Shown here one piece after another: positions 26,455-39,394 of a stretch of 64,000 bases of DNA. Origin of the DNA: Vicugna vicugna. Lineage: Eukaryota. The position numbers and the translations under genes were made by a program. Position 1 is the first letter of the stretch. Every line of letters starts with the position of its first letter. The notes beneath the pieces were generated by a model. The model saw only the letters and a list, made by a program, of their open reading frames with translations. It had not been told where the DNA came from and ran no database searches. The DNA is taken from contig MU058337.1 of the NCBI GenBank assembly GCA_013265495.1, positions 3,900,880-3,964,879 on the forward strand, read 5' to 3'.

Positions 26455-26790
26455 TGCTGTGAGTGGTGGTCCCCCCGAGAGGATATATCCATGTCCTGGT
26501 ACCTGTGAAGGAGACCTTACTTGGAAAAGGGTCTTTGCTGATGTAATTAAGAAGGTCTTGTGAAGACAGAAGCAGAGATCAGAAGGATGCTGCATAAACC
26601 AAGGAACACCTGGAGCCACAGACACTGGAAGAGGTGAGGAAGGGTCCTCCCCCAGAGCCCCGGAGGGAGCCGGCCTCACCTGCACCTCCATTTGGACTTC
26701 TGGCCTCCGGAGCTGTGAGAGAATAAATCTGTGTTGTTTTAAGCCACTGAGTTTGTGGTAATTTGTTACGGCAGCCTCGGGAACAGACTT
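26455..26790 (+). mobile_element. MLT1B/C-like MaLR solo LTR with a probable internal deletion
   Basis: CTTACTTGGAAAAGGGTCTTTGCTGATGTAATTAAG, TGGACTTCTGGCCTCC..GAGAGAATAAATCTGTGTTGTTTTAAGCCAC..TTTGTTACGGCAGCC; shorter than the typical ~450 bp. Confidence 0.85.
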
Positions 26791-27829
26791 CGTTGTCTTC
26801 TTACTCGTACTTCCTTTTTCTCTTCTTCACAGCAGTGGCTGCTGTGCACCGCGGATTACTTGCCGGCCCAGGAGAGCCTCTCTAGACCTGAGTGCGGGGA
26901 GTGCGGCTGTTCTCCGTTCACTGGCATTTCCCTGTGCCTGCAAGAGGGTCCGGCACACAGCAGCCACTTAATAAGAGTGTGCTGAATTACGAATGAGTGT
27001 GAGCTACGCAAGTCCCTGCTGGGTGTTTTTATTTGGGGGCGATTCTGTGGATGACCTCTGGATTCCGTTGCCATGATGCTAACTCCGCCGTATGCCCAGG
27101 TTGGTGGAGAACGCACTGCTGCCGACACACTGACCTGCGCCTGCCTCCCCGTGACCATGTCATTACAGGAGTCATTAAGAGTGCTTCAGAAATCATTTAA
27201 AAATTCACTCGTTTTGAGATGTTGCCATTCAAGAAGTACCACCGTGATTCAATGTTCCCATTAAGTTGAATTCAATATGAAAAATTCTACACGGAAAAAT
27301 CTTTTGGCTTCCTGAAAGGTAGCACTCCCTGAATAGTGTGAAAAGAAATCCACTGCTCAACATTTTCTGGTTTAACCTTACCATGCTGATTCAGGGTTAG
27401 GCTCATTTAATTTCTGGGCAGAGCCAGCTCGCAGGAGACGAAGGATGCTCTCTCAGTGGCTAATGCTGCAAGAGACACTGTCAAGGTCACCAAGTGTCTG
27501 CTCCTGGGGACTGTAAAGACAGGAGAGCGATGGGACCGCCGGGCTGTCGGATGATAAGCAGAGAGACGGCACTCAGTGTGCAGGGCACTCACTCATGTCT
27601 CCACGGCCGCAGGGTGACAGAGCACACAGCCCTGTCTTAGGTAGGGCAGGTGAAGGGTGGGAGGAGGTGAGTCAGCCTGGCTTTTTCTTGGGCTAAACAA
27701 GCTCAACTCAGGCCTCACTAAGTGTTACAGCACAGAAGGGGCAACAGGGGAAACGCAGCTAAAACTGATTGTTTCTTTCTCTCTAGTTTTTGAAAGTTGT
27801 TTTATATCTCCAGTAACTCCATTTATAAG

Positions 27830-29540
27830 ATCAGCTAATGTGCTTATACTGCTGTTTGCCATTCTGCCCACAGTGAACACTCTCCCTTGAATACTTAGCC
27901 TGTAAAATAGGATATTATGACAGACCCTTTATCTTCCTCTTCCCAACTTCTTACCACCATCTTCAGCTAGCCACAAACTTTTACATTATCGAGATTAATA
28001 ATATTTATATTCTGGCTTGAAATTATGGTTAATGTGGAGGTCTGAATATAGGTTAAGCACCAAAGTCCAAAAGCAGTAAGGAGTATTTACACTTCCTAGT
28101 AAATATTATTCCCGGAGGACCCGTCTGAGACAGAGGTCACATTTTCTTCCCCCCCCGGGTCAAATGTCATGACACATAAGCCATACAGAAATGCCTGCTC
28201 CCAGCCTAGGGGTCAGTGGCTTTTTCTGCCGATGAGTCATCAGGAATTAAATCCGCGCCACATTTTCTATATGACCTATTTGACCCATGCCATTCTTATA
28301 ATACATTTTTTTCCTTCATTTCTCCCAACATTGGTGTATAATAATTATTTAGATACTTTAGCTCCATGAAATATTTTTTGTTACTTCCTTAATATCCTTT
28401 TCATAGTTTATTTCTGTTCTTTCTTTCTGGAATACTTATTTATCAGACATTGGCCTTTTATGCTTCAATCTTTCTCTAATATTATGTGTTGAGCTGTTTG
28501 TTGAATTTTCTAGAGCTTTTACCCAATTATTGCTGCTAACCTTTCTGTTTATTACCATTTTTATTTTAGCAATCATTTTTAACTTTCAGGAGATCTTTGT
28601 GTCCTTGATTGCGCGTCCTGCACTTATTCTTTAGATCTGACATTTTCTTGATTTCTCTGAGGATAATAATTAGAGGTTTTATAAAATCCTAGCAGTAATA
28701 ATATTAAAATTTTTTTGACTCACCCTTACATTTTCCTGGCTTTCTCCTGAATTTGTTGTCATGTTTATGTATCTTTGTTCTTTTTAATGCTGGCAGTCTT
28801 CAACTGGCTGGTAATTGTTAACTTCCTTATTTTCCTATTGTGAATCTCAGTATATTTCTTTGCTGGGCTTTTCCTTGAATGGAAGTCAGTCTGGGGGTCT
28901 GTTGATATGTATGGGCTTGCAGACTGAGTAGACAAGCAGAGAGTAGGTGATATCAGGGAGCTCCCCAAAGCTAGTTCAACGCAGGATCTATTCTGGGCTG
29001 CCCACCTCACGCTAGCAACCTTGGTTCTTCCCAGGAAGTTACCCAGTTGGAGGGGTCACATAAAAGCCCTCTAGGTTTTGTCCAAGGATGAACCCTGAAT
29101 TGCCAATCCCTTTGTTCTGATGTAGGAAAATTAATGTGGGGGTCTACGCAGGAAAATTGTTCCTTAGAAACAGTTTGAATTAACTCCTTGTTTTGTATCG
29201 ATCTCACTGCCTCCTTGAAAACTGGAGGATCCCAAGTCTGGGCCTTCTCTTCTCAGGAGTTTTCTGGACAAATGATCTTTAAATTCCACTACCCATCCTG
29301 GGCCAAAACTTCCTCAGCCCTCTTTCATCCATCGATATATTTTCGTATGTTTTCAGAATTCATGGAGGTTTGAAATTCACCATCTGTTGATTATTGCCCT
29401 CCCCTCTACTATCTCTGCCACTATAAATCTATTTCCATTGCTAATTCTGCGTTATGTTTGTAGTGGGTTTTGGAGTGGAAGGGGGAAACCATACAGGGGA
29501 AGGCAAACCTAACATTTAGTCCATCATTTTAAATTGGGAA
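27830..29540 (-). mobile_element. Ancient L1 (L1ME/HAL1-like) remnants
   Basis: Long T-rich stretch with L1-antisense-like text (TTCTTTCTGGAATACTTATT, TTTCTCTGAGGATAATAATTAG). Boundaries rough. Confidence 0.45.
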
Positions 29541-29664
29541 CACTTAGACTTGTAAATAAAAGACATTAGTACTTGAACAAGAATCCCATCATAATATTAT
29601 GTCAGTGTTCTCATCTATCTGTTTAAAACAACTATGAAATTAAATGACATCCAAACTCTAGAAT

Positions 29665-29867
29665 CATACTGTCCAAACAATATGGCTACTTAAATTTAAA
29701 TTAAGTAAAGATAAATCTAATCTAAAATTCATTTCCTCAACCACATCAGTCACATTTCAGATGCACAACACCACAGGTCTGGCATCTACTTTACTGAATA
29801 GCAAAGACAGGGAACATTTCCTGTGTGATGTCAGAACTCGAGTGTAGATGTTCTATTGGACAGCGTG
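29665..29867. mobile_element. MER3/MER33-like hAT-Charlie MITE
   Basis: Imperfect TIRs CATACTGTCCAA ... TTGGACAGCGTG; internal TAAAATTCATTTCCTCAACCACA..CACATTTCAGATGC. Confidence 0.7.
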
Positions 29868-31949
29868 TCTCCAAGCAAACTCAGAACTCACTGATAAAGG
29901 ACTGATAATTGAAAATCAGGGCACAACTGATGGAGCATGAAAAAGGGGCTCTCTGCTCTTTATTACTGAAACTTTGGGTGAAAATGTCCTAGCATATGTT
30001 TCAAAAAAGAATCTATTTCCTGGAGGTCCTTTGCTTTCAGTTGGGAGCTGCTCAATGGATTAACCTTGGCTGTGTGTATTGACTGACAGCTTGGCTACTG
30101 CAGACCTGATGAGTAAGTGAGAGCTTGAATGCCTGCAGTGCTCTCTGAAGGCAGTGAGTAGGCGCTGCAATGTTTATCCTGTATAATGAGGCTTACATAC
30201 GTGGAGGATCTTAAATTACCTCCAAGAACAGCACATGAGAATGGGCAAAGAGAGAAGACAGAATTTGACAAGGACTTTGCTCTGTTTAACTTTACAGTTC
30301 ACAGGCCATCTATGAGGTGGTGGAAGTGACAGCTCATCTTACCTCCCTGGAATCTGCCCCTGAACAGCCGACAGTAAACCTTTTAAACAGAACTCTGATA
30401 AGGAAGAACTACTTCTAACCTACCCTAAATTGTTGTTTTTATCTACTGTGATGAATTGGATACAGTTTCTGAAGTGGAAAGTAATGGAGAAAGTCAAAGA
30501 TTGGTATTGATCCAGAGATAATATTGGATGAGGGGGACAGGCTTATGTGATTTAAGGGAAATTCGGCATCTTGGGAATTTAATGCACTTGGTTTTATGCC
30601 TAAGAAGTAGGTGGTGTATAAAACAAAACTAGAAATAAACTACACATTAAAATAAAGCTAACACTGAGGTTGGTCAATGATTCCCTCTGGAATTGTGAAG
30701 CCCCGGAAATTTCTTGGGACTTCGGTGTTTCATGAACTGTGACCCAACTGGGAATAGCAGACGTGGTGCCCCCTCGCCTTTCCTCCTCACCATCCAACTC
30801 ATCATCCTCAGATGTTAGAAGCCAAGCCTCCAGAGAACAATTTCTTGTCTTTAAGAAATGTACATGCCCATTCTCTCCAAAACTCTTTTTGTGTGTGCTG
30901 GTGCAGGTTTTTAGTGGCAACACCCACATGTGGCATTTTTCTGTTCTTCTGTTTTTCTAGCTAAACCTAATTAGGGCATGCTGCTTTGATATGGAGTTTT
31001 TCATGAGAGGATAAATAACATGTCCTTGACCTTTTTATACAAACTGGTCAAGAATTCATAGACTAATGTATTTTTTTTCAATATAGACACACTCATTAAC
31101 AACATGGAAAAATCCATATTCAAGTCTGGTTTTCAGCTCAAATTTCTACATGGATCAAATTAATTGGGGGATGTTTTCATTTCCACTTTTCATGTGTGCA
31201 CAGTGAACACATGCTAATTTGTGTCACATTATCTTTGCTGGATCTGTCAATCCACTAAACAAATATGAATTGAGACCCAGTACAAGCAGGACACCTCAGT
31301 GGAGAGAGAAATGGATCAAACACAGATTGATGATATGACAAAATAACTGGAATTGAGTCCACCCCTGAATCCCTGTTTGGGCCAGATTTTCTGATTTTAT
31401 CTGGTGCTTTAGGATGAGGTTAATGACGGCCCTGAGCCCTCTTACTCCTGCCATTCCTTCCTTCCTCAGGACTCTGCCAAGCTGGGCAATATTATTGGCC
31501 ACATGTGACCCACTGCAGGAAGGATCCAGGAAACCAAAGATGAATGAGGGAAGCAGCACTTCAATGTAGCCCATCTACTTTGTCCCAAATATCTCCCCCA
31601 CCCCAAAACCCCAACAGCTTAACCAAAGACACTTAGATTTCTGCAGCTAAGTAGAGAGTGATGCATCCTCTATGGTACTTTAGGAACATAGCAGTCAATA
31701 AGAAAGGAGAGTCTGAATAAAAATGGTTCCACCATGGGTTTGGGAGGGTTCTGCAGCAACAGGGTTTATGAATACCCTAAAAAGGGGCACTGGAAAGGGG
31801 AACAGCGCTGCTTTCAAATCCAGATCCAATTGTTGGGAGATCTGGGGGCTGGTAGGCAGGGAGCATATTAAATACAAAAACAACCTATGTCCAAATCCCC
31901 CACCCTTCTGGGATAAAAAGATTTAGATGAACCTAAAAAAGGAAGGGAA

Positions 31950-32165
31950 ACTAACATCTGCAGAGTCCTCACCATGATATTATCATGCATGCAAGGTGCT
32001 TGACATATGATATTTTATTTAAATCTTCCAACAACCCAATAAAGTTATTCCCATTTTGGAGAATGTAGTTAAGTCAGTGAAGATTCAGAGTGGCAAGGTA
32101 ACTTGCTCAAAGTCACACAGCCAGTGGTGGTAGAACTAGGATTCAAACCCTGGCTTACTGAAATT
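31950..32165 (-). mobile_element. MIR remnant
   Basis: GGTAACTTGCTCAAAGTCACACAGCCAGT..AGGATTCAAACCC. Confidence 0.75.
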
Positions 32166-32262
32166 AGGTTTTCTGTGTGTGATAATGATCCCTCTGCCTG
32201 GGGCCGCCTGATTTGTCCAGGTGAAGCCTGGCTTGGGGAGGGGAGCGGTGAGGAGCGGGGTG

Positions 32263-32277
32263 ACAGGAAGTGTGGTT
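32263..32277 (+). promoter_or_regulatory. Overlapping ETS and RUNX motifs
   Basis: ACAGGAAGTG (ETS) overlaps TGTGGTT (RUNX) inside a GC-rich, CpG-retaining patch. Confidence 0.35.
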
Positions 32278-32924
32278 CTGACAGTCCCACTCCTGTGGCT
32301 CGCCGGTCACTGCCCTCAGTCTCAGAACCAACTCTCCCCGATGCCTCCAACGTGTCTGCTCTCGCGTCATGGGCACAGCTCATAATGATGCAGCAGACAG
32401 GTTAGGCCTCTGGGGTTGCCTGAACGACGCATTTATATGAAGGGATTTGTGTCAATGTAAACAGGTAAGCTGGACAGTTAACGCCACTCCCACCCAAGCC
32501 ATGTTCTTTACAAAATGATATTTCTGTTCAGTGATGACCTCATCAACCTGCCACTGAAGGCACGGGCTTGGCATTTCTGTTCTTTCTCGAGGCACAAACA
32601 AGACGGTGAACAAACCAGGATGAACATCTAACACTGTTTGGGACTTACAGGCCTCCTACTGGTCAACCAGCTTGTGAGGGAGATTTACAAGCTGTGCTTT
32701 CAGCTGCGTCCGTAGTTACCAGTCGCCTGCTTTCTGGTTGTTGATAACACTGTGGAACACCTCATTTCTAGAAGACAGAAGACCGGGCAAGAGAAGGCGT
32801 TCGGGGTGTAGAATCGGCCACAACTGGTCTGAACTGACTTCTGCCACAGGGAATTTGTTCATGCTGTGTACCTTCTGCACTTCAGTTCTTTGACTATAAA
32901 GAGCAACTAATAAAGGCTCCCCCA

Positions 32925-32940
32925 TAGCGCCATTTGGAGG
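32925..32940 (-). promoter_or_regulatory. Possible CTCF site
   Basis: Reverse complement CCTCCAAATGGCGCTA differs at two positions from the CCACCAGATGGCGCTA-type core. Confidence 0.35.
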
Positions 32941-33803
32941 ATTAAATAAAGCACCAGACCTGAAGGCACTCACTGAATCTTGGTTATTGTTTTTCTCCTC
33001 TTTAGCTACTTGACATCTTTACCAAGTAATGGAGAGTGAAGTGAAATGTTTCATATTTACAAAATATGTAATCATATGTATATGTACATATACAAATATG
33101 TGTATATACATTTTCTATATATATAAAATGCTTGAGGAAAACTAAATGATTTTCTTATTAATGCACACCTGTGTAATTTTTTAAGACATATACTAACTTC
33201 AGTCACACTTGCATCTCTTTTAGTGCATATTCTGGAAATGCCTTATCTTTTTTCTTTCTTTTTCACATCCCAGCACTGTGCAAAGTTGGAAACTCAGTAA
33301 ATGCCTTTGATGACGATAATAGTGTGCCATTTCAACGTATGGATACTTTGAGTCATAGAAAGGTTAAAGAGCTTGCTTCGAACTGCCGGATGCTTGCTTT
33401 TCAGCCTATGAGCCAGGGCTCTGAATGCATTCATCTTTCCCTGCGTCTTACTCTTTGGTCCTTCATAGATAATTGATAAACAAAGTCATTTCTTTTCTTT
33501 ACAAAAGATGTGTCTTCCTGACTATATTAAAGTTTTGGTAACCCAATTTATTCTCTTAACCCGACAGAACAAGCCATTGATTTCTTTTCCATTTTCAATC
33601 ACTGAAAACGTTGTCACATTTCATTCTTGCTCTCGGAGTTATTAGATTTCAGGTCTTGTTTCCACATGCTTTATATGCACAAGTCAAGTGTAACCTGAAA
33701 GATATTAAAGTGGATTTGCAGGGAAATGGCCCATAGCTGGGAAATTTGTCTTATTGCCTCTTAACTCCTCTTTTGTTTAATGTGCTTATTGGTATTTTCC
33801 TAG

Positions 33804-33881
33804 GATCCTGCTGGTGCTGTGTGATGACACGTTTCTGCTGACAGCCCTGAACTTTCATCAGACAGAACCTCTGTGAATAAG
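33804..33881 (+). other. Candidate non-coding internal exon (lncRNA or UTR)
   Basis: Acceptor TATTTTCCTAG|G with upstream TTTAAT branch-like motif; donor AAG|GTGAGA; 78 bp; stops in all three frames. Confidence 0.3.
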
Positions 33882-35604
33882 GTGAGAGGGAGTTTTTAAT
33901 GAACGCCTAAGACTGGGAGTGAAAACAAAGAGCAGGAAGGCTTTGAGATGGATCTGGCTGTCAAAACAAAACGAAATAAAAATCCCAAAGTGCTCTGCCC
34001 CAACAACAGCACCACCTCCTGCTGCTGGGCACCCACCCTCCCCCGGGCAGAAATCAGCACCTGGGCCACGACCTAGAGCCCATGGAGGCGATGCTTCATT
34101 TGGAAGGAATCAATAAAGCAACTTCCCACAGAAATTCTCTACCCGGGGCCCCTCATGCCTCACCCCTATCTCTGCCATTAGAGCTGTTTTCAAATCCCCA
34201 GTGATCTTAAATTCCCTAGAAAGGGTTTGAAAGCTTCTCCTGGTAATTATGGCCTAGTGAGAAACAATCAAACTGGGAAAAGAGACTCTGAAAAAAATCC
34301 CTGACGTCAGCCCTGCCCATTGTGTCTGTGTTTAGAGTTAGATGAGAAATTCGTGTTACACTTTAGGAAGCCCCTTTGGTGAAATAGCTTTGAACGTCAC
34401 AGCCCAAGGCTAGAATTCTCTTTCTTGAGAAGGAGATATATTTCAGAATCAGGTTATGACTTCGAACACAGCCTGGTAAATCCAATATCGTACAGCAGAG
34501 AGGCGTTATCACCAGGGCTCAAGGACAGCTAAAGATTTCGTAATTGTCCTCGTATCACTCTCTGGACTGCTCGCTGCCCTGCTCTCTGATACATGTGTGT
34601 TCTTTTCTACATGTGAAAACTAGTCTAAAACTTTTATCATTTTAAACAAATATTTATGGAGCACTTACGATATGCCAGGCATTGTCCTAGGAGCTGGAAA
34701 TCCAGAGGTTACTTTAAAAAGCAAAACCCTTGTCTTGATAGAGCATTCACTATTAAAAACTCAACTGCTCCGCTGAAGGTGCACACAGCAGTCTGTATAT
34801 TTACACAAAAGGAATATACAGCTGGCTCTGATCTTACTTCTCTGCTCACCTCAGGTTTGTTGTCCTGTCTCACCCTGACTGTAAATTCCTCAAGTGCAGC
34901 AGCCGCAGCCTCTTTTGATGTCTCTCGGGGCCAAAGACAAAGCCATGTGCAACGTGACTACTCAAACCCCGGACAGGCATCCCAGGCGTTCAGATATTCT
35001 CTGATCATCCTGAACGACATTCTGGAGACACACAGAGGGAATGCCATGGGGCTTGTTATTTGTATTCTTGGAACTCGAGTCTGTGTGCTTGAATAGGTTG
35101 GCCAAGAAAACAAACCAAGTGGTCAGGCTGAGACAAGATTGCGAATCTTGGGTTTCCCATCCAACTTTCTGAGCTAAAGGGAAAAAAAAAAAAAGTGGTT
35201 GGGGAGGGAGGGTATGTCTGTCAAGCATGCAAAAGCCGTGACTGAGAGTGGTCTTATAAGGTCTCAAGCAAATTGAAATGTTGTCATTGGGAAGAATAAC
35301 ATCTACACATGATTAGCACTTTACACCTTTCGTTTAGTCATTCATTCAAAAACAAATACCCCATGTGGCTGGACCATGAGAGTAGGCTACAGTGATCACC
35401 ACTGTGCCTGCCTTCAGGGATCGGATCTGTTTGCTTGTTCTATCTTCTAAGATCCTTTGGGACAGTTTGCAAGCCACTGTCACCCCTAGGCAGTGTAGCC
35501 TAACATTTCAAACTTCAGACTTTGGTGTTAAACTGCAAAACACAAGGTAAGTCTTCAAGCTTCGTTGTATTCATAACAATGTTCAAACACTTATCCAGCT
35601 TAGG

Positions 35605-36040
35605 AGGCATAGCGGTCAGGGTTCAACATAAAGGGATTTATCACAGGAATTGGCTTACACCATTGTGGAGCCTGGCTAAGCAAGTGTGTCGTCCCGAGGG
35701 AGATGGTCAGGAAGGGACCCCACGGGCAAGAGCTGAAGCTGGTGTCCACCCACAGGCGGCCATCCGGAAGGACTGTCCGGGGGACTCACAGACTCAGCAG
35801 CTGTTGGGAACCTCTGAGCTCCAGGAAGAAGGACTAACCGCTCTTTTATGAAAGGCTTTGCTGCTAATAAAGTCAGGCCTGCCCGAGGTACTCTCCCTGT
35901 CTGATCAGAATGAAGTCCACTGATCAGGGACGTTAGTGATGTCTGCAGAATCCCTTCCCAGCAGCACCCACTCCGGTCTTGGACTGACTAGCTATGAGAT
36001 GATCTGTGTGCTGCCAAAGGGCCCTGACTCGCTAGCCCTC
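35605..36040 (-). mobile_element. Old ERVL-class LTR remnant
   Basis: GGGATTTATCACAGGAATTGGCTTACACCATTGTGG resembles the motif in the 16.5 kb LTR; subfamily uncertain. Confidence 0.5.
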
Positions 36041-39000
36041 CAACTCTCAAGAGACGTGTCCCCTGCCCTCACCAGACCATGGGAGAAAGTGACACCGGAT
36101 CAATGCCAGTCAAGGTGACTCAGCAAAAAGGCATCCCATGGGGCTGTTGTGAAGCTTAAGGAGCTGATGCACGTGAAATGTCTGGAGGACACAGAAGGTG
36201 GAATTGCCCTTTAGCAGATGAAAAACTCAGGCTCAGAAAACAGAAACAAAGCGACCTTATAACGGTCGGAGCGTGGAGTTGACGTGGCAGTCTGAGTCTC
36301 CGCCTTCAGAACCTTCGTTCTCGTGCGGTCATGCTCCACCGCCAGTGCACCTTCTCCTGCTCAGTCAGGGCTGCACAAGCTGGAAGAGAAAAGTGAGCAA
36401 CAGCTACAAGGTGGCCGGATTTGCGGCTTCCAGGCACGTAGGATGAGGCAGACGGAGCCCCAGCCCAAGGCCTAGCGTGGGCTTCTTAGATGGATGAAGC
36501 CTCAGACACCCTCACACCGCAGGCTACACGCTCCCTGTTGCTCCCTGAATAACCAGCCTCTTCTTTGTGAGCTTCTGGGAAGCTGACTCCGTCACAAACC
36601 TGCTCTCATTGTTCTCTCTTGATCTTCTTTATGAGCAGGTTTCGCTTTGGAAATGCTTTGTTACTTCCTTTCTGTTGACTATTTTTAGGCTACAAATTCA
36701 AAATTTATGAAAAGCCTTTCAATGATTCAAGACCAAATTTTGTTAGGAGGGATTGGAGTGATAGTTGTTGGGTGGTTAAAAATGAGCAACACTCTTTCCC
36801 CACCCACCATTCTCACTGTGAAGTAAATAATAATAGACATAGAAGCACACAGAGCTCAAACAAGCTGTCAACACACATTAATCCTCCGGCTCTAACTCTG
36901 GCAGGGAAATAGAAGCACCCATTTACCTTGTCAAGGTTCTGCCTCCTCCCTAGACAGTGTCCCAAAATCTGCTAGAACACCGCTGACATCGGCCGGGCAG
37001 CCGCGTGAACCGTGCTCATCCCATCTTCCCCCAGCTCACGTAAGCCTTGTGCGACTGAACTTTAAAAGAGCCACATGCTAAGATGTCATCAAAATGCTGC
37101 CCCAAAGTTACAAGCTCTCCAGTGGTGCATTGGTACACTCCTAGTCTTTAAAGCCGAGTTCAACCATCTTCAAGTCACCAAACAAATATTTATGAAGTGC
37201 CTCTTAGGAATTCTTTTTGAAAGCTGAGATTGTAGCTGAGAACAGGACAAGCAGGGTTTCTGCTCACGAGGCTTACATTCTAAAGACGCTCCAGAAAACA
37301 TTCGCATAGTAAACAAAAATGAAACGATTCAAATAGTGTTTAAGTGCTGCTAAGAAAATGAACAGAGTGACCCAATCAAGAGTGATTAGGGCTCCAGGTT
37401 GTGGCTTAGAAACAGAGGCAGCTTGTTCTCCGAATAAGCACTGTTGTGTGTCCTTTGATAAAGAAGATCGTTACTTGATGCATTTTGTTCAGAAATTGCA
37501 TCCAAATATAACGCCATACATCTTTAAAAATACTTGTGCGTTCACCAAAAAAAAAATACATAGTGTAAAAGAAATCTTAGCATTTAAAACACTTAGTGAG
37601 CACAGTATGTCTCATGCAAGAAAGAAATAGTGTTTAAAAGACAGGTGTCTATTGTACAATCCTTGATGAAAGACTAAATATCTAGAAATCAAGAACAAAC
37701 CACAGTCTAGCCAAAAGTAGAATGCACAGGTGGAGAAGCTGTCTGTGGGTTGGATGGAATCCAGCTAGAATCAGTTAAAATTAACCAGATTGTGAAAAAC
37801 GTGATTTTTTGCACAAGGACGAGGATGCTTTCTGATGGGCTGGTTAGAAAAGAGGGCACTTGTGTTGTTTCAGAGGATGGAACAGTGACAGATTGATAGC
37901 ATATTAGGGAGCTCCATTTTGTTTCTTACTCAATTCTACATAATTCTGACCTATTTTTACAGTCCATGTCCTTAGAAATTCTTTCTGTGACTAAAGGATA
38001 TTAAGTCAAACCATTTCATAAATGACAAGCTTGACTTTATTTTTTTCAACCCAGCATATTAGCCTGTTCATCAAAAATATACATAACAGGTGCTAGAGAA
38101 GGTTCTAGAGAAGACACGCATCATCACGTTGCTGACAAAGTGAAGCTCAGCCAGAGCTCAAAAAGTTAACTCTCAGTTTTCTGGGCCACAATTACTTACA
38201 TATTTCTCAACTCTTTTTTTTTTTAAATATACCAAGCCCTTTGCATCATGTAAAAAAAAAAAATTAAGAAAAATGGTCCCCATAGGATTTCCTCTAGACC
38301 CATAAATTCCTTTTGCTGCTCTAAGATTCTGTTTGGGACTGTGGAGCGCGTCAGCCCCAGAGCAAATGCTTTGCATGCCCTATCTCATCTAATCTTCTCC
38401 ACAACCTTATGAAGGAATTATCATCATCATCATCATCATTCCTACTCTATAAATTAGAGAGTTCAAGTAATTCATCCAGGTTCACAAAGCTCATGCAAGC
38501 CAGAACAGTGATTTCAACTGCAGCCCTTCAACTCAAAAGTCCCAGGAAAACTGACTCTTCTGTCTAGATTCCATGAATACTTCGTCAACCTCTCTGAAGT
38601 ACTTTCTACTTTATATTAGAGATCCTTATGCAGGATATGTACATTAGCTCTCTGTGAGTCAGATACATGCCTGATGTTTCCTTGCAGATACGGGTTTATT
38701 TAACAACAGCTGTATAGCTCCCATAATTTCACCATTATAATCATTGTGAACACTGTCTGAGATCGTATTCTATACCTGAAATCAGGCCAAGTTTTTTAAT
38801 TCATTTTAAAATGTAATCCTCAAATTAATCCCGAGTAATGTAAATACCAGTAGTATTACCATTTTTAAAATGGGAAAACTGAGGCTTAAGGAGGTTTCTT
38901 TCCAAGATAACAAGACAAGCATGTGCATGAATGCATTAATATTAAGCACATCTTTTGGGCTGTGCCCCACAGGCCTACACGGCCTGTACTTGCCCAGCTT

Positions 39001-39394
39001 CAAGACCAAAGAAAGAGCCCAGAGATATGCATGGTTTAATGGGTAGGGGGATCTTCATGTCTGAAGCAAGGTCCTGGAGCAACACCCCACTGTATGCGGC
39101 CGTCGGCGGGCCGGACCCGGCTGCAGTCTTCACTTCCAAGGGAAAGGGAGGTTAGCAGTTATAATGGGAACTGAGGTCAGATTGGCTCATTGGTCACCAA
39201 GGAAACCAGCAGAGGGACCCCTCACCACCCCTTTGATAAGAATAATCAGTAGCTGGAGCCTGGGGCAAGTATGTCGGAAAGTCGGTCATGTGAGTAGGAT
39301 GTGAGTGAAAGCAGGCCCTGTGGAGCAGGGCACGCACAGAGAGCAGGAGGACAGCCATCTTGAGTGGCCTGAGCGTGCACACGTCAAACATGGT

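Noticed and set aside
34656..35096. 146-aa ORF, the longest outside the L1
   Set aside because: It starts in an L2-type remnant (ATATTTATGGAGCACTTACGATATGCCAGGC), has no recognisable domain and is likely chance.
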